Translations under genes and position numbers: made by a program
Shown: in pieces, positions 47,117-61,207 of the stretch
How positions within the stretch are numbered: position 1 is the first letter of the stretch
How the letters are laid out: every line of letters starts with the position of its first letter
Assembly: GCA_012295275.1 (NCBI GenBank)
Contig: CM022678.1
Coordinates: 7,812,001-7,876,000, forward strand
Origin: Chrysomallon squamiferum
Taxonomy: Eukaryota; Animalia; Mollusca
Length of the DNA: 64,000 bases
Reading direction: 5' to 3'
The notes under the pieces: generated by a model
Told to the model about the DNA's origin: nothing
What the model saw: only the letters and a program-made list of their open reading frames with translations
The model's database searches: none

Positions 47117-49846
47117 ATAATTTATTTATTTATTTATTTAATTTTAAATTCCGGTTTCTGATATCATTAACCAGTACTAATAACAAAAACATCATTAACC
47201 ATAACAAAAAAAAAAAAAAAAAAAAGATTGATGATGTTTTAAGACACACACACACACTGGAAAAATAAATCATGTCTGAAATAGAATGACGAACTGGATG
47301 ATACTGGATCTGCTTAAAAGAAAAAATATGTAACAACTATTAGACATAAAAACAAGTTGGCATTTAGCTGTGTATATACACACTGACACGACAATCTTCA
47401 TACCCAACTTGTTCAGTTTAACATTCTGTTTGTTTACCGAGGCGAAACACACTTGACTTTGTTTAGTCACGTTTTGAATATACGCAGTCAAAAATATATC
47501 ACAAATTAATTCAGTTACAAACAAAAAGGAAAGAAGTACAAAAGTAAATAAAAACAAATAATAGTAATAATAAAAAAACAAAACGTAATTAACAAATCTA
47601 TTATTAATATTAGTAGTATGTTTGGTGATAATGATAGTAACAGTATTAGTATTAGGAGCAATAGTAGTAGTAGTTGTTGTACAGTCAACGTACCTTTCAA
47701 AAAATAATAATAATAATAAAAGAAAAATTCATTACGCAAGATAAAATGGAAACATACGTTAGCAGATGATGTTTAATCAGTTCCGGTCAGTCCACCGTGT
47801 TTGTGATTTTTATCAAACTCATATCCTGAATATCTTTAACAAAAAACAAACAAAAACAGTTAATGGTAAAATGACATATAGTAAGTACACACAGGGTCGG
47901 CGCTATCATACAGGCAAACAGTTTTGAAAAATAAATAAATAAATTTAATTTTTATTGACGGTCGCTTTTCATAATGTTTTATTTTATACAGGGACAAATA
48001 ATCGGGTAGATTCAGTCTGACCGAAACAAACAAAATAAGTGGGTGAAAATCGTGCGTACATGAAATTTTCAGAACCTAATTATGTTTGCAGGCCACGAGT
48101 TTTTCCGTAGAATCACGCGTATACGAAATCTTCACTTTGTCGCGAAATCAAACTGAAAGCGGTGCACCTTATTTTAATGGTATAAGCAAAGAAAGAAATG
48201 GCCTGTGTGGGATATTTAAATGTCCGTAACAGAAAAATCTTGCCTCTAGAGATCGCATAGGATGTTGAAAATAAATGTTTTAAAAGTTTGAAATTGATAT
48301 GTTCCTGGGGGTGACCGAACCTAACCTTGCCTGGGACGCCAGACAGTCTGGCGCCGGCTCTCAGTACACAACAATAAGCGCACGCAGTCAGAATTTAACT
48401 CAGCACGCACCTGACATTGATAAGAAATATTTTTCTCTCCTCGCTGAACGACAACAATCAGCTGATCACATGACTCAGAACCACCGCGTGACACGGTCTG
48501 ACGTGCTTGTTATCATCATCTAGGGTCCGTTTTAAACACAATGAGAGGGATTAGTAAATTCAAATGAATTATCGTCATGGTATAATACTACACTCATCCA
48601 CTAGATAAATAACACGCCAACAGCTGAAGATTATTAATTTAGAAACATATTTTATAATATTACAAAAAAAAAAAAAAAAAAAAAATATTATTTACGGGTA
48701 CTGGGAAAGCTAATTTAAAAAACGGAATCAGTCAACTGAAGCCTATTAAGAAGCCTCAACACGTCAGGACAAATCTAACCCTAACCCGCTCTCAAAAGCT
48801 TATCAAAACAAGATCAGAATTTCGAGGTCCAGTTACCTCCATTTCATAAAATGGCCCTCCGGACTGTGCAAAGATTACAAATTATTAGATTACTTAAGAT
48901 ATCAATGAAAACATCGAATTCAAAGAGCAAGAGAAGCAGCCTAGACTGACACATTTTAAACTGCGTAACAATATCTCACGTGCTCGTTATCATCATCTAT
49001 GGTGTTTAAAAAACAATGAGTGGGATTAGTAAATTCAAACTCATTATCGTCATGATAATACTACACTCATCCACTAGATAAATAACACGCGAACAGCTTA
49101 AGTTTATTAATTTAGAAACATATTTTATACAATACAAAAAAAAAGAAGGTATTCTTTACGGGTTTTGGGAAAGCTAATTTAAAAAACGGAATCAGTCAAC
49201 TTAAGCCTGTTAAGAGCAGAATAATTGTATAACTATTCGTTCTAAGTTGCGCGCGTTCGTGAAACATATACCCCTTTAATAACAAAGATTGCAAAATTTC
49301 TCAACAATAAGAACAAACCTAACCTACTGTCAAACGCATATCAAAATAAGGCCAAACTTTCGAGGTCCGGTGACCTCCATTTCATAAAAGGGTTCGCCGG
49401 ATGGTGCAAAGATTACAAATTATTAGATTACTGCAGATGTCAATGAAAACATCGAATTCAAAGAGCAAAAGAAACCAGCCAAGACTGACAAATTTTAAAG
49501 TTTGTTTGTTAAAAAAATTCGTCATAGGTTATTATCTTAATTCTAAAAGTTTAAAACTTTGTATGTTTTCTATACAAAAACCGAAGTTTATTTACTTATT
49601 ATAATTACTACACAAACACACACACACACACATTCTCGTTTTGTTTTAGCTTTTCGACGTTTGAACCTAACCCCATATTATGGTGATTATTTCCTTTAGC
49701 AGATAAATTTTCGATTATCTCCCCTCCTCTGATGTTCTGATATATGCTCATGCATGTGTTCCTGCTGTGTCGGACATTTTAAAATTCTTTTGATACGACT
49801 GAGAAAATGTAACATGTTTTCAGTCTAGATTTTATATAATAGTCAA

Positions 49847-49880
<34 letters not shown>

Positions 49881-50032
49881 ATAAAAATAATAATAAAAAA
49901 AATTGTTTAAAAAATCTTAATAAGTCTTAAATCTAACTGTAAACCTACCCTTAGCCAGTCCTCCCCAGACTTTTTTTTGTTGTTGAATTCAACTGAGAGA
50001 TAATTTTTTTGAAACAAGATGTCTTAGACTTT

Positions 50033-50135
<103 letters not shown>

Positions 50136-52313
50136 CATATATATATATATATACCAACAAACACACACACATATATATTCAAACTCATTTTCTTAATAAA
50201 TATGATTTTCTTCCCTGATTTGATCCTCAAATAAGACTGACATCTATTGCAATGTCCTAACTCCATTATAATGCTAAAGCATCCTTATAATCTATTTATA
50301 ACACACAGTGTTAAAACATACCTGTATCTGTTTATAACACACACAGAGAAATGAAACAAATATGAAATGTACTGATCATTATATTCTGCAACAGGAAACA
50401 CCCACATTATATATCCCTATGCAGTGTTTATAGTGTTCCCTGAATATGTACATAACAAAGAAATTAATAATAGAACCAGGATAACAGTACTCCCTCAATT
50501 ACTTATGCTATTGTTATTTTCATTACCTCTTACTATTATTACTATTGCTACTATTATTTATATTATTACTACTACTATTATAATGTTAGTAAGTGCTACT
50601 ATTCATCTTTTACTTTGCTTCTCTTATTTCATATATGACTAGTGTAACATTATCTGTATCACTACTTTCACAATCACATCTATTACTTCTACTATTATTT
50701 CAAAACTATATAAATAAAAATATTCCTCACTCTTAGAAAACTGTTTCTCAAGTCTGATGAAAATGCTAGCTACAAATGTGTAACGAAAAACAGAAAACAA
50801 AATAATTTGAAATATTTATTTGAACACGAAAAAGAAAAGATTAACATCAAAACTACTTTTGCATATAAAAAAGATAATTTTAGAAAAGCCTCAACCAAAT
50901 CCTTAAATAATTTAGAGAAATATGGTATAAGATGTATCTGAACTTTCAAATTAAAAATTATTTAAAATGTTTAAAAAGGTTTAAGGTGCTGAGAATGCTA
51001 CGAAACAAGATTTCGGAATTATCCAATAAAAGTAAATTAATAAAATAAAAAAATAAAAAGAATACCAAGGCATTTGGTTAGAAACAATTTGCAAATTACT
51101 AAACAACGTCATATATATAATGTAATCTGCAAATTAATCATTAAGAAAATATCTTCCAGACAACATATCTTCCATTTTATGTTTTATTAGCATAGTTTTT
51201 CATAAATGTTTATCAGAACATCAATAAAAAATAATCATAATAATAAAATTATCTCCCTTGAGCTATACAATTTGTAGTTTTTTTTAAAACAGTAAATTAA
51301 GGATTTCTACATCAGTCATTTTTTTTAAATAATTTCTTTTTCACACACTTGACTGTCTGGTCCAAACATTCTGTCCACTGGTCTATGTCTGACTGTATCT
51401 TGCATGAATGACACTTTGAATCTGAAATCACAGTTTCACAGATTTATAAATTCTTCAGTAAGTGCAGTCCACATAACAAGTAACTGTTTTTAAAATAATA
51501 CTTTTGGTGTGGAACTTTCTAGAAATTCTCAATATTCTTCAAGTATTCAGTTCTTCATGTTTGTTGTGGATTTATCTTCTGCTTAGTTTGTTCATTAAAG
51601 TGAGAAAACTTGAAGAACTTGGAGCTAAACACAACAAGTCACTTAGAATCAATGTGACTTCTCACATTTTCTTTCATTCTCAAAACAAGCTTACGATAAA
51701 GGACCCTGAAGAAAAAAATAAAACTATTATTAAAATTAAAATGATATTCAGAGTTGTATAAACAATATTAAACAATTTACCATGTACAATGAAGGTTGAT
51801 ATGATTCAAATGGGATGGGTTGTGATTTAATTATTTTCATGTTTTTTACTTACTGTTAAAAAGCCATTTATTCCATGGACAAAATCAGTTTAATTTAGCA
51901 TTGTATTGTATTTCATTTCATTTATTTCATTGTGAATCATTTCACACATTACATTTTATTTTATTTCATTTTATTCCATTAATTTTATTATATTTTATCA
52001 TTATTTCAATTTGTTTTATTTCAGTTCAGTTCAGTTTGTTCAGTTCAGTTCAATTATTGTGTTGTGTTCTGGTGTGGAGTATTGTATTTCATAGTATTTC
52101 ATTTCATTTATTTTATTTTATTGTATTGCACTGTATCACACTGCATTTCATTTCAATGTATATATTTCATTTTATTGATTTCACTGTATTTGATTTAATT
52201 AAATTCACTGCATATGTTTGTATATGGAGGTTTGTGTGTGCATGTTTCATGTGTGTGAATATTTGCATGTGTATCTGTTGATGTGTGTGTGATATACTAA
52301 TATTTATATCTAC

Positions 52314-54580
52314 CTCTACAAGTAATTTTGTCAGTTTCCCATTTATAACCATCCATACAGTTACATGTGTAGACTCCATCTTAGTAGTTTTAGTTCTGAG
52401 TGTAAATATTTTTGAATTACATTCATTTATATCTGAAAGAGAGAAACAGATAAATTATATCTCAATCATTAACAACAATTAAACTTTCTCCTACTTTTTG
52501 ACAAGTTTCTAAAATTACTCAAATATCATTTACACAGAAACTATTTCTAATATATGGATTAACTGAAATTTAAAATTCATAAGTTCAGAGCATTTCTAAA
52601 ATTAATCAAGTTTAAGTTACAGATATAACATTATTAATAAAAATAAAAATTATTCATAAATTCTGACAAGTTTCTTAAACACTATTAATTCATTGAAATT
52701 TTTCTTAATTCCAGAAATGACAATTTTAACTTAACTATTTGAATAGCACAAAAGCTATTAATGCATACATAAGTTGCAAACTGATTGCTGATTATATAAT
52801 GAGCATGATATTATTAATAATTAAAAAAAAAACCAAAAACAGATAATGGTAGAAATGCTGACCAGTCACATTTAAACTCAAAATATGAATAAACTAAGAA
52901 CGCTTGAAGTGAACAATTTAACCTGAGAACAAGGTAGAACTGACTCACCTGAGCATGTTTTATTGTCTGAATTCAAGGTAAACATTTCTACACAAACACT
53001 GCTCCACTGTGTCATGCACCCTGCAGCCCTGTTCACATGAACAGTTCTCTGCAGCACTGTCATAACTGAACACAAAATATTTTTATAACTTTATTATATT
53101 TTGTCACAACAAAATAATTTACAGTTTTATCATATTCTGGTATAAATGAAAATAAAATAATTTAGAATTTTATCAAATTTTGTCACTATTAAACTAAAAA
53201 TATATATTTTATAATTTGTAACCTCTGTGACAAGAACAAATGCAACTTTTCTCATTGTTAGTTAAAGTATGATACCAAGCATTCATTCAATCTTAAAAAA
53301 GTTATCTTTGACGTGAATGAATTAATGATGAATTACCTAAAAAAAATATTTTTTTAGATGAATGATTGATGAAGGTGTAGACAGTGAACAAATGAGGAAG
53401 ATAAAGATGTAATGAATACGTTTAATAATAGTCTAATGATTAGTTGTCAAACATTATTTTTATTATTACTTTTTATTTTCATAATGTTCTTAAAAATTAA
53501 TGTGACCCAAACTGCAAAAATAAAGTTAGCTGTTACCAAACAGGGTTTGTTTGTTTCTTTTCTGTTGTTCTCAACAGTTTAAATTTCTTAATAACTGAAA
53601 GCTGATTTTCAATGTTAAATAAACATTGCCTTAATTTTGAATAAAACTGTATTAACAAGTATAAAATGATATTTTTATTATATTTATTTATTTATATATT
53701 ATAGTTAATTGCAGAAAAAGTTAATTTTGTGACTGAGGTATTAATTAACTCATTTCTATGTAATTTTTCAATTTTAAAACATCCATTCTGTTTTCTTTGG
53801 TAATTAAAATCACAAAAATATGTACGAAATTCATCAATCATTTGTATCATTTAACTATTTCATAAATAATAAGAAATCATTTCTAATATGTAACTGTTTA
53901 TTAAATAATAAGAAATAATTTCTAACATGTAACTGTTTATTAAATAAGAAATCATTTCTAACATGTAACTGTTTATTAAATAATAAGAAATCATTTCTAA
54001 CATATAACTCTTTATTAAATAAAACAAAATATTTTCAACTTGTTAACAAATTTTTAATATTGAGTAAATTAACTATTTATTAAGTATACTCTACTCACCT
54101 ACACATTCGTCTGACAAGTTGTGATATCCTGTCTTACACACAAATGATAGGAGACTGGCAGGTTTTTGCAGTTGCTGTTTGCTCGACATGAAACTGTTGA
54201 AACACTACATTCATCTCTGTTGTTTTCACATCACACACTTTACACTGACTATGGTCTGAGAGGGAAAAATAAAATTTAAATTTAAAATAAATAAATTAAA
54301 TTAAAAAAAATTTATATTAAAAGTATAATCTAAATATATCAGAAATTTCTGATTTTACAGAATAAATTGCTTCAGACTTCAAAATAGAATTTTATTTTTT
54401 TAAATATTTAAAAATTTATTTTTACCTTATTGTATTTTGTAATGAGAAATTCTGCTTACTAACATGTTGTCTGGTCATTTTCAACTTTCTTCCCAGCCAG
54501 ACAGGAACAAGTGAACCCACTGATTCAAGCATCAGTATATTTACTAATACTGGCATCAACTGATGTACACTCATTCATAT
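52314..54580 (-). pseudogene. decayed EGF-repeat gene, right-arm copy
   Basis: Mirror exons 54460-54580, about 54099-54255, about 52949-53065 and 52314-52432 (DINECNSK..DGVYTCNCMDGY..; 24 nt longer than the left copy). Shares the in-frame TGA of the first exon. Confidence 0.85.
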
Positions 54581-55519
54581 CTACATTAAAATAACAATAA
54601 CAATAAAAATAACAATAATAATAATATCAATAATAAAATCAGTTGTACATATCATTCAGAAACATTTACATTATTTATGTAACATAATTTAGTAAGACAA
54701 CTCACTGTAACTCATTCTGAAATTACTAGCTTAAATCCTTAATTATAGCTTAACCGTGATTGTTCTACATGGTCTATACACTGTAATTTACAAATTGTGA
54801 CTGGTTTTCAAAGAAACATAAATATGTTTGAACATCAAACATGAAAGTGTTTATCCACTTTCAGTAAGACAAATCTATCACTTAGTTAAATGAATAGTGT
54901 TGACGTGATTTTACCCATGTTATTGTCATTAAGTGTTTAGAATTTGTTTTTCTCTTTCCTTTGTGTATGCAGACCAACCAACATGTGTTTACAGTCTGAA
55001 AAATGTGTTAAATGTCCTCAAACCTAAATTAGTAGCAATGCAGTAATTTTCATGGACTCTTGTAGCATTGTTTAGTTAATTTCCAGTGATTTGAGACAAC
55101 TGTTCCCTTGACATTTACCATGTATATCTGTGATGTTTAGAAAAATTTGAAATAGCACTAAGTAAATCTGCGTGTGATTCAGGTTGACTGTGTCTACTCA
55201 ACAAAGCAGCAGAACAACTGAGAAACACAGCCAGAACCTGCCCCAGTCAGCCCATCACAGCCCCAAAAAGATGGAAAAGAACAAATCCAAAATGAGGTAA
55301 GACTAATTAATTAGAACTAAGTTTTTTGATGTCACAAAACTGTGAGAATTGTGTTTTCATGAGTATTTCTAAATAACATAATCAAACACCTCGAGTTAAA
55401 AAGTTAGGACATTTAATAAAACCTTTTTTATTTGATTACTTTTTAAAAGTATTTTATGAATAGATTTATAGAACAAGAGTTGAGAATACAGTCCATTAGG
55501 CAATGCTAATAGTAATACA

Positions 55520-55666
55520 TAAGGTACTAGATGTAGGTCTCTGCAAGATGTAGTAGATATTTGGATCAATGCTGTCTGATAGAATTTTGAGCTGTCTACA
55601 TTTCAGCAGTGCTCATCAAATGATGTATGAAATAGTATGTACTGTCTGTGGGTAGGTGTAAATGAA
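55520..55666 (+). mobile_element. SINE mirror copy, truncated at the LINE junction
   Basis: Reverse complement of 13182-13325. Confidence 0.6.
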
Positions 55667-58600
55667 CTTCAAAACATCAAACTTCAAAACATTAGAAACA
55701 ACCAAGGAAACATCTCTAACAACTCCAATTTGGAGCACACAGTAACTCAAATAATCGAAGACAGCTTCAGCTTCAAGATCTCCACAGACAACAAAAGACT
55801 TAACTTACACACAGACAAGAGAAATCCCACAAACACAAAAAAACACCAAACTGTACCAACCATTTACACACTCTTCACAACAAGCACACTAATAACACAG
55901 GCCTCTCCACTCTTCACAACAAGCACACTAATAACACAGACCTCTCCACTCTTCACAACAAGCACACAATAACACAGACCTCTCCACTCTTCACAACAAG
56001 CACACTAATAACACAGACCTCTCCACTCTTCACAACAAGCACACTAATAACACAGACCTCTACACTCTTCACAACAAGCACACAATAACACAGACCTCTC
56101 CACTCTTCACAACAAACACACCAATAACACAGACTTCTCCACTCTTCAGTGGGACGCTAAAGGCCTCCACCCAGCAGGCCACAGAGACAAACTCGTACAC
56201 TTCCTGGCCTCCACTCGAAACACACCAGACGTAACATACAAGAAACATGGCTAGGACACTACAACAAAAACAACAAAACAACAAAAATGTTTAAGGTCCC
56301 AGGGTATCAATGTCTAAGTTAACAGATTCAACAGCACCTGGGGAGGCGTCATGACACTCGTCAAGTAAGACATTCCACACACCAAGCTGAGCCAAGGCAA
56401 AGTACACACCAAGATAAAAATATTAAGCTTCACAGTACACAACAACAACCAAAACATCGACACAATTAACATATACAGCCCACCCACTACATACCATCCA
56501 AACCCACAACTTCAACAAAATGATAACAACAAACAACAAGATCATTATTGTGTGTGATTTCAACTGTCACAACACCTTATGGGGTGGCTCAACAGACGAC
56601 AGCCCTGGAATCGTCCTCGAAAATTCCATAGAACAAAACCAGCTGGTCTGTTTGAACGACGGAACATACACATACACCAGCAACATCAATGGTGGCCAAT
56701 CTGTCATTGACCCGACATGCACAAGTAAGGACATCACAGCGCTTTCCAAATGGCAAGTGTTTAATGAACTAAACAGCGACCCCCACCAAATACTCACCAA
56801 CTACACAGCAAGAACACTTTCTCTGACATTGACACCTACTCCGCATCGCTCACCAACACGATACACTTGACTGCCAACAGATTCATACCCAAAACCAGAC
56901 AGTGCACCGGCAAAATATCCACTCCCTGATGGATGGAACGAAAGAAACAAATTCAGAAAACAATACAAAAAAGACAGAAATCATTCCACACATGAAAAAT
57001 ACAAAATAGCAAAAAAAAAATTCCAACCTAATTCTCACCGCAAAACAAGAACACTGGGAACTTTTTTGCAACAACGTCAACCACAAAACATCAGTCAAAG
57101 ACATGTGGGCCAAAGTAAAAAACATAGAATCAACACTCTTGGCAAAAACAACATCGCATTCACAGACAAACAAAAAGCAGACATACTCAGCAAAAGTTTC
57201 GAAACTTCCCACTGAAGTTCGAAAAGAAACCACTGGACAACCCAACAATCGACGAACATTCCGCAGACACAGAACACAAGAAATACAATCAACTCTTCAA
57301 CATCAGTGAATTAAAACATGCACTCAAAAACTAGAAAAGTACAGCCACGGGGCCACATAAAATAAGCTACACAATACTACAACACCTACCAGACAAAACA
57401 CTACTCATCTTACTTGACCTCTACAACACAATATGGACCACAGGCAAGATTCTAACAAACTGGAAACATGCCGAATGTTTCAGCTTGCCCAAACCACACA
57501 AAGATCACTCACTACCCAACAGCTACAGACCGATCATGCTGACATCACACATGTGCAAAACACTGGAAATGATGATCAACATACGCTTGAGCCAGCATCT
57601 AATCAACAACAATTTAATCAGCAAATATCAAAGCGGCTTCAGGAAGAAACACAGCACAAAACAACCAGATAACACGCCTGCAAACATCAATCAACCATTC
57701 TTTTAGGAAATCAAAAAAAGTCATCGCAGTATTCATAGACATTGAAAATAGATTCGGCATGGTGTGGAGGGAAGGACTGCTTGTCAAATTAATCAACAAT
57801 AACATCAAAGGCAACATATTCAACTTCATTAAAGACTTCATCAACAACAGATCCATAGCAGTCAAAGTGAACGGTCAAATCTGCGAAAAAATTACAATTG
57901 ACTATGGCATCCCACAAGGATCCATGGTCTCGCTAACACTCTTCAACATCTACATCAACAACATTGTCACAGCACTCGACAAACAAGACAACGCCAAAAA
58001 TCCACCAACTGCATCAATAAACACAGCACTCTTTTGAGACGACTGCGCCTTTTGGCGTGCAGGCAGATCGACGACAGCAATACAGAAACAAATACAAAAA
58101 GACCTAAACAACATAAATGACTGGGCATTGAAAACAGGAATAGGGGAAATGCCACTGCCGGCATACCACAAAGAAACAAAACCAGCAATAGATACACCTT
58201 TCCTGATCAAAACAAAGTTCACACCCTTCAAAAAAGCCAGACACTCCTGCAGACCAGACCCACTCAGCAGAATACAACATCTACACGAGGACATACAACA
58301 CAACAAGAAACAACTAATCATCAAGTGGCTCCCAGCACACGTCAGCATCATCGGTAACAAACTTGCCGACCACTACGCCAAAGACTCACTCAGCTTCAAA
58401 GACGAAGACATCTGCACCGACATACGCCTGGAACAAACAAAATTCTGTCCTTCACAGCCAAACATTAAGACAAACAGTGGCAAAACGAATGGAACAAGAC
58501 CAAAAACAAATGGCTCTTGAACATCAAACCACCCAAAATCACACTTTCGCCAACAAACTACACAACAACAATCTCACCAAAGTCAGAATTGGGTTACTCG

Positions 58601-58880
58601 ACCAACTTAAATGCAATCCGATACAAATATCACAACACCACATAATCCAACTGCAGCTGTGGACTCTCCAAAACCATGAATAACTACTTGTCAAAATTTC
58701 ACTAAGGAAAGATAAGTACTAAGCAACACATTGGAGGAACTAAAAATCGAGTTCACGCTCCAACACATCTTGACACCAAACACGAAAGACAGAGAGTTAG
58801 TCCTCACTGCAGTAACAACATACATTCTGAACACAAAACACAAACTTTAGACTCTTGCAGCTGATTCTAATTCAACAGAC
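55667..58880 (+). mobile_element. decayed LINE with APE endonuclease, RT and RNase H (I/Nimb-like group)
   Basis: APE: IIIVCDFNCHNTLWG..LVCLNDGTYTY..SVIDPT. RT: SYRPIMLTSHMCKTLEMMINIRL..QSGFRK, AVFIDIE, GIPQGSMVSLTLFNIYIN, LF*DD. RNase H C-terminal motif: IKWLPAHVSIIGNKLADHYAK. A/C-rich sense strand with stops and frameshifts. Confidence 0.92.
55865..56148. repeat. 39-bp tandem repeat (CACAACAAGCACACTAATAACACAGACCTCTCCACTCTT), about 7 copies, in the LINE 5' part
   Basis: direct inspection. Confidence 0.95.
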
Positions 58881-58882
58881 AT

Positions 58883-59150
58883 TCAAAAACAGTAAATACT
58901 TTAACATTACAATATTTGCTTGTTACACTTATTGAAAATCTGCTTTCTTATTTTTTTTTTACTATTATGGGTTATTATCATTCTTCTTTGTCTTCTGATT
59001 ATTACTTTTAAGTTTAATTATTATTATTATTACTATTCATGGGTGATACAATTAAAGTTTACGTAACACATTAATGGGTTATACAAAAAATATCTGCATA
59101 ACCCTTTTTTAAATCATATTTATTTTTATTATATTAATAATAATAATACA
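58883..59150. repeat. outer inverted-repeat segment, pairs with 7020-7297
   Basis: see partner feature. Confidence 0.85.
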
Positions 59151-59794
59151 TATATCATAAGAATTATGACTTAACTAAACTAAAAAATTTCAAACAGCAT
59201 TTTGTCATGTTCTGTGGCTTGATTGGGGTCACAGAAAATCCTGAATAAAACACACGGTGTACAAATTGTAATTAGTGAACTAGGAATATCCTACCTTCCC
59301 TCCTTCTCATCTTAAGACATTTCCTTGAGTTACTTCACTTTGAGAACCAAGTTTACATTTGACAACTAACACATTTTTGTTTTTTTAACCAAATGCTGAA
59401 ACTGTTTACAAAAGCAGAACCGAGGTATCACTCGATTCAGTATATACTATTATATAGTGTATTACAATTTATTTTATTATTTTTATTTGAAGTAAGATTT
59501 TAAACCAATAAATAACTTCAGTTAATTGTAACTGAAATAAATTGTATTAATATAAACATTTTGTACCTGTATTTTTGATTACCTGGGTCAGTGGGTGATA
59601 CGAGTCTTTGGGACATGTTTGAATCAATCAAGCGAGAACCTTTTCTTTTTTTGAAAAAAGCGGTGACATATGGATTCCATTGGAAGTTCAGCCATCTGTA
59701 AATACAAAATAAATATATAACACGAACATACATGATTAACAGTTTTAAAAGATTTTATTATTATATATATAGTGCTCGAAATGGCCAGTCACCA

Positions 59795-60735
59795 GTCGTC
59801 AATTGACACCAAAGTTCTGTTTCGGCGACTGGGAAGTGGGATGATAAAAAAAATGCTCGATTAGTCGCCCAAAATATATTATTTGAATTTTGTTTCTGTA
59901 AGTTATAACACTAGAGCCTCTATTTTACATAAAAGGTTTGCTCATAGTTCGATAAACTGGACGTATCGCCTTACCTTAGTTTTCGAACATCTGTGTGTTT
60001 ATAAACACTCATTTTGTAGACCGGATATGCATATAGTAACTGTGGTCTTGATAAACAAAACCGCAAGTCTCGCTGACCTAGTATCGTAAAACTGATCGTG
60101 ACCATTCGGACCATCTCGGCCTAATACACAATCCGTTCCCCTTGAATAAACAGGAAAGGTTGCAAAAACTAATAAATAAATAAACTAAATTAAATTAAAT
60201 ACAGTTAGATATCTGCTTCATTTCAGCTTTAATTATCAAATAATCTCTGATATTATGCCAAATTTAAATTACGCTATAACTGTAATTTATGTAAGAACTG
60301 AAAAAAGCATATTCCTTTCGGTTCTTTTTCTTGGCAAATTGATTTATAGAAATGGGCCAAACACCGTTTGGCTTCAGGCCAGACCAGTCTCGATAAACCA
60401 CGATATTTCGAACATAAACGGATTCGAATGTATGCATCGGTTTTCAAATCAGTTTAAACTGATGCTTGACAGCCAGATTATTATTATTTTTAATTCGCAA
60501 ACGTTTTACTTGTTGATTATTCGTTTTAATAGAATTTTGGAAATATTTCACGAAAATCCAAATGGATTCGGATGTTTTATGTTTGTGCGAACCAAGCGTG
60601 AATCGGATTCGGAGACATGCGTACATTTTCAGCCATGGAACGAGGTAAACATCATGTAATGTGTAACACTATGTCAGTATTTGAGTAAGGGTGAGAGAAA
60701 CAGAGACTCTGAGAGAGATATTCACAATAATGTGT

Positions 60736-60783
<48 letters not shown>

Positions 60784-60890
60784 CAATTTCATATGTAAAT
60801 ACATTTATTATAACATTCACAAACGATAGTAAACAGAGAAAAAAGCTTTTATAAAATTTATTTGACATGTAGATTGATAACAAAAAATAT
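59795..60890 (+). promoter_or_regulatory. CpG-enriched promoter-like block with ATG micro-exon (coding 60635-60644); right copy
   Basis: agccATGGAACGAG|gtaaacatcatg; inverted paralogue of 5186-6370, including the downstream (GT)n tract. Confidence 0.6.
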
Positions 60891-61207
60891 CATGTTCTTA
60901 CAAAAGAATAATAAACATTAATTTCAAAAATTAGATTATTTCACTTGAACTGAATCAAGGACTAGCATATTTGAGATGTGCTGCTGTATGTCAGTTATTT
61001 ATATTTAAAAATTAATCTGTTCAATTCTGCACCAAATAATGAAATATCAACCTTCTTGTATAATTTAGTATGTATTTCTTCAGTGATCACTGTTATATTA
61101 ATTGTGTGTTTATTTTTAGCATATTTATTATTAGTAACATGGTCTGATTGTATAAACAAAAACTGTCATGGTTTGTTTTTATTTTATTTTTATTTATTTA
61201 TTCCAGT

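Noticed and set aside
55667-58880. LINE as an active element
   Set aside because: In-frame stops including at the catalytic (Y/F)ADD position, several frameshifts, and an apparent internal deletion between RT and RNase H
59770-59880. Possible hAT-like terminal sequence AGTGCTCGAAATGGCCAGTC
   Set aside because: No matching second terminus or target-site duplication found, so not annotated
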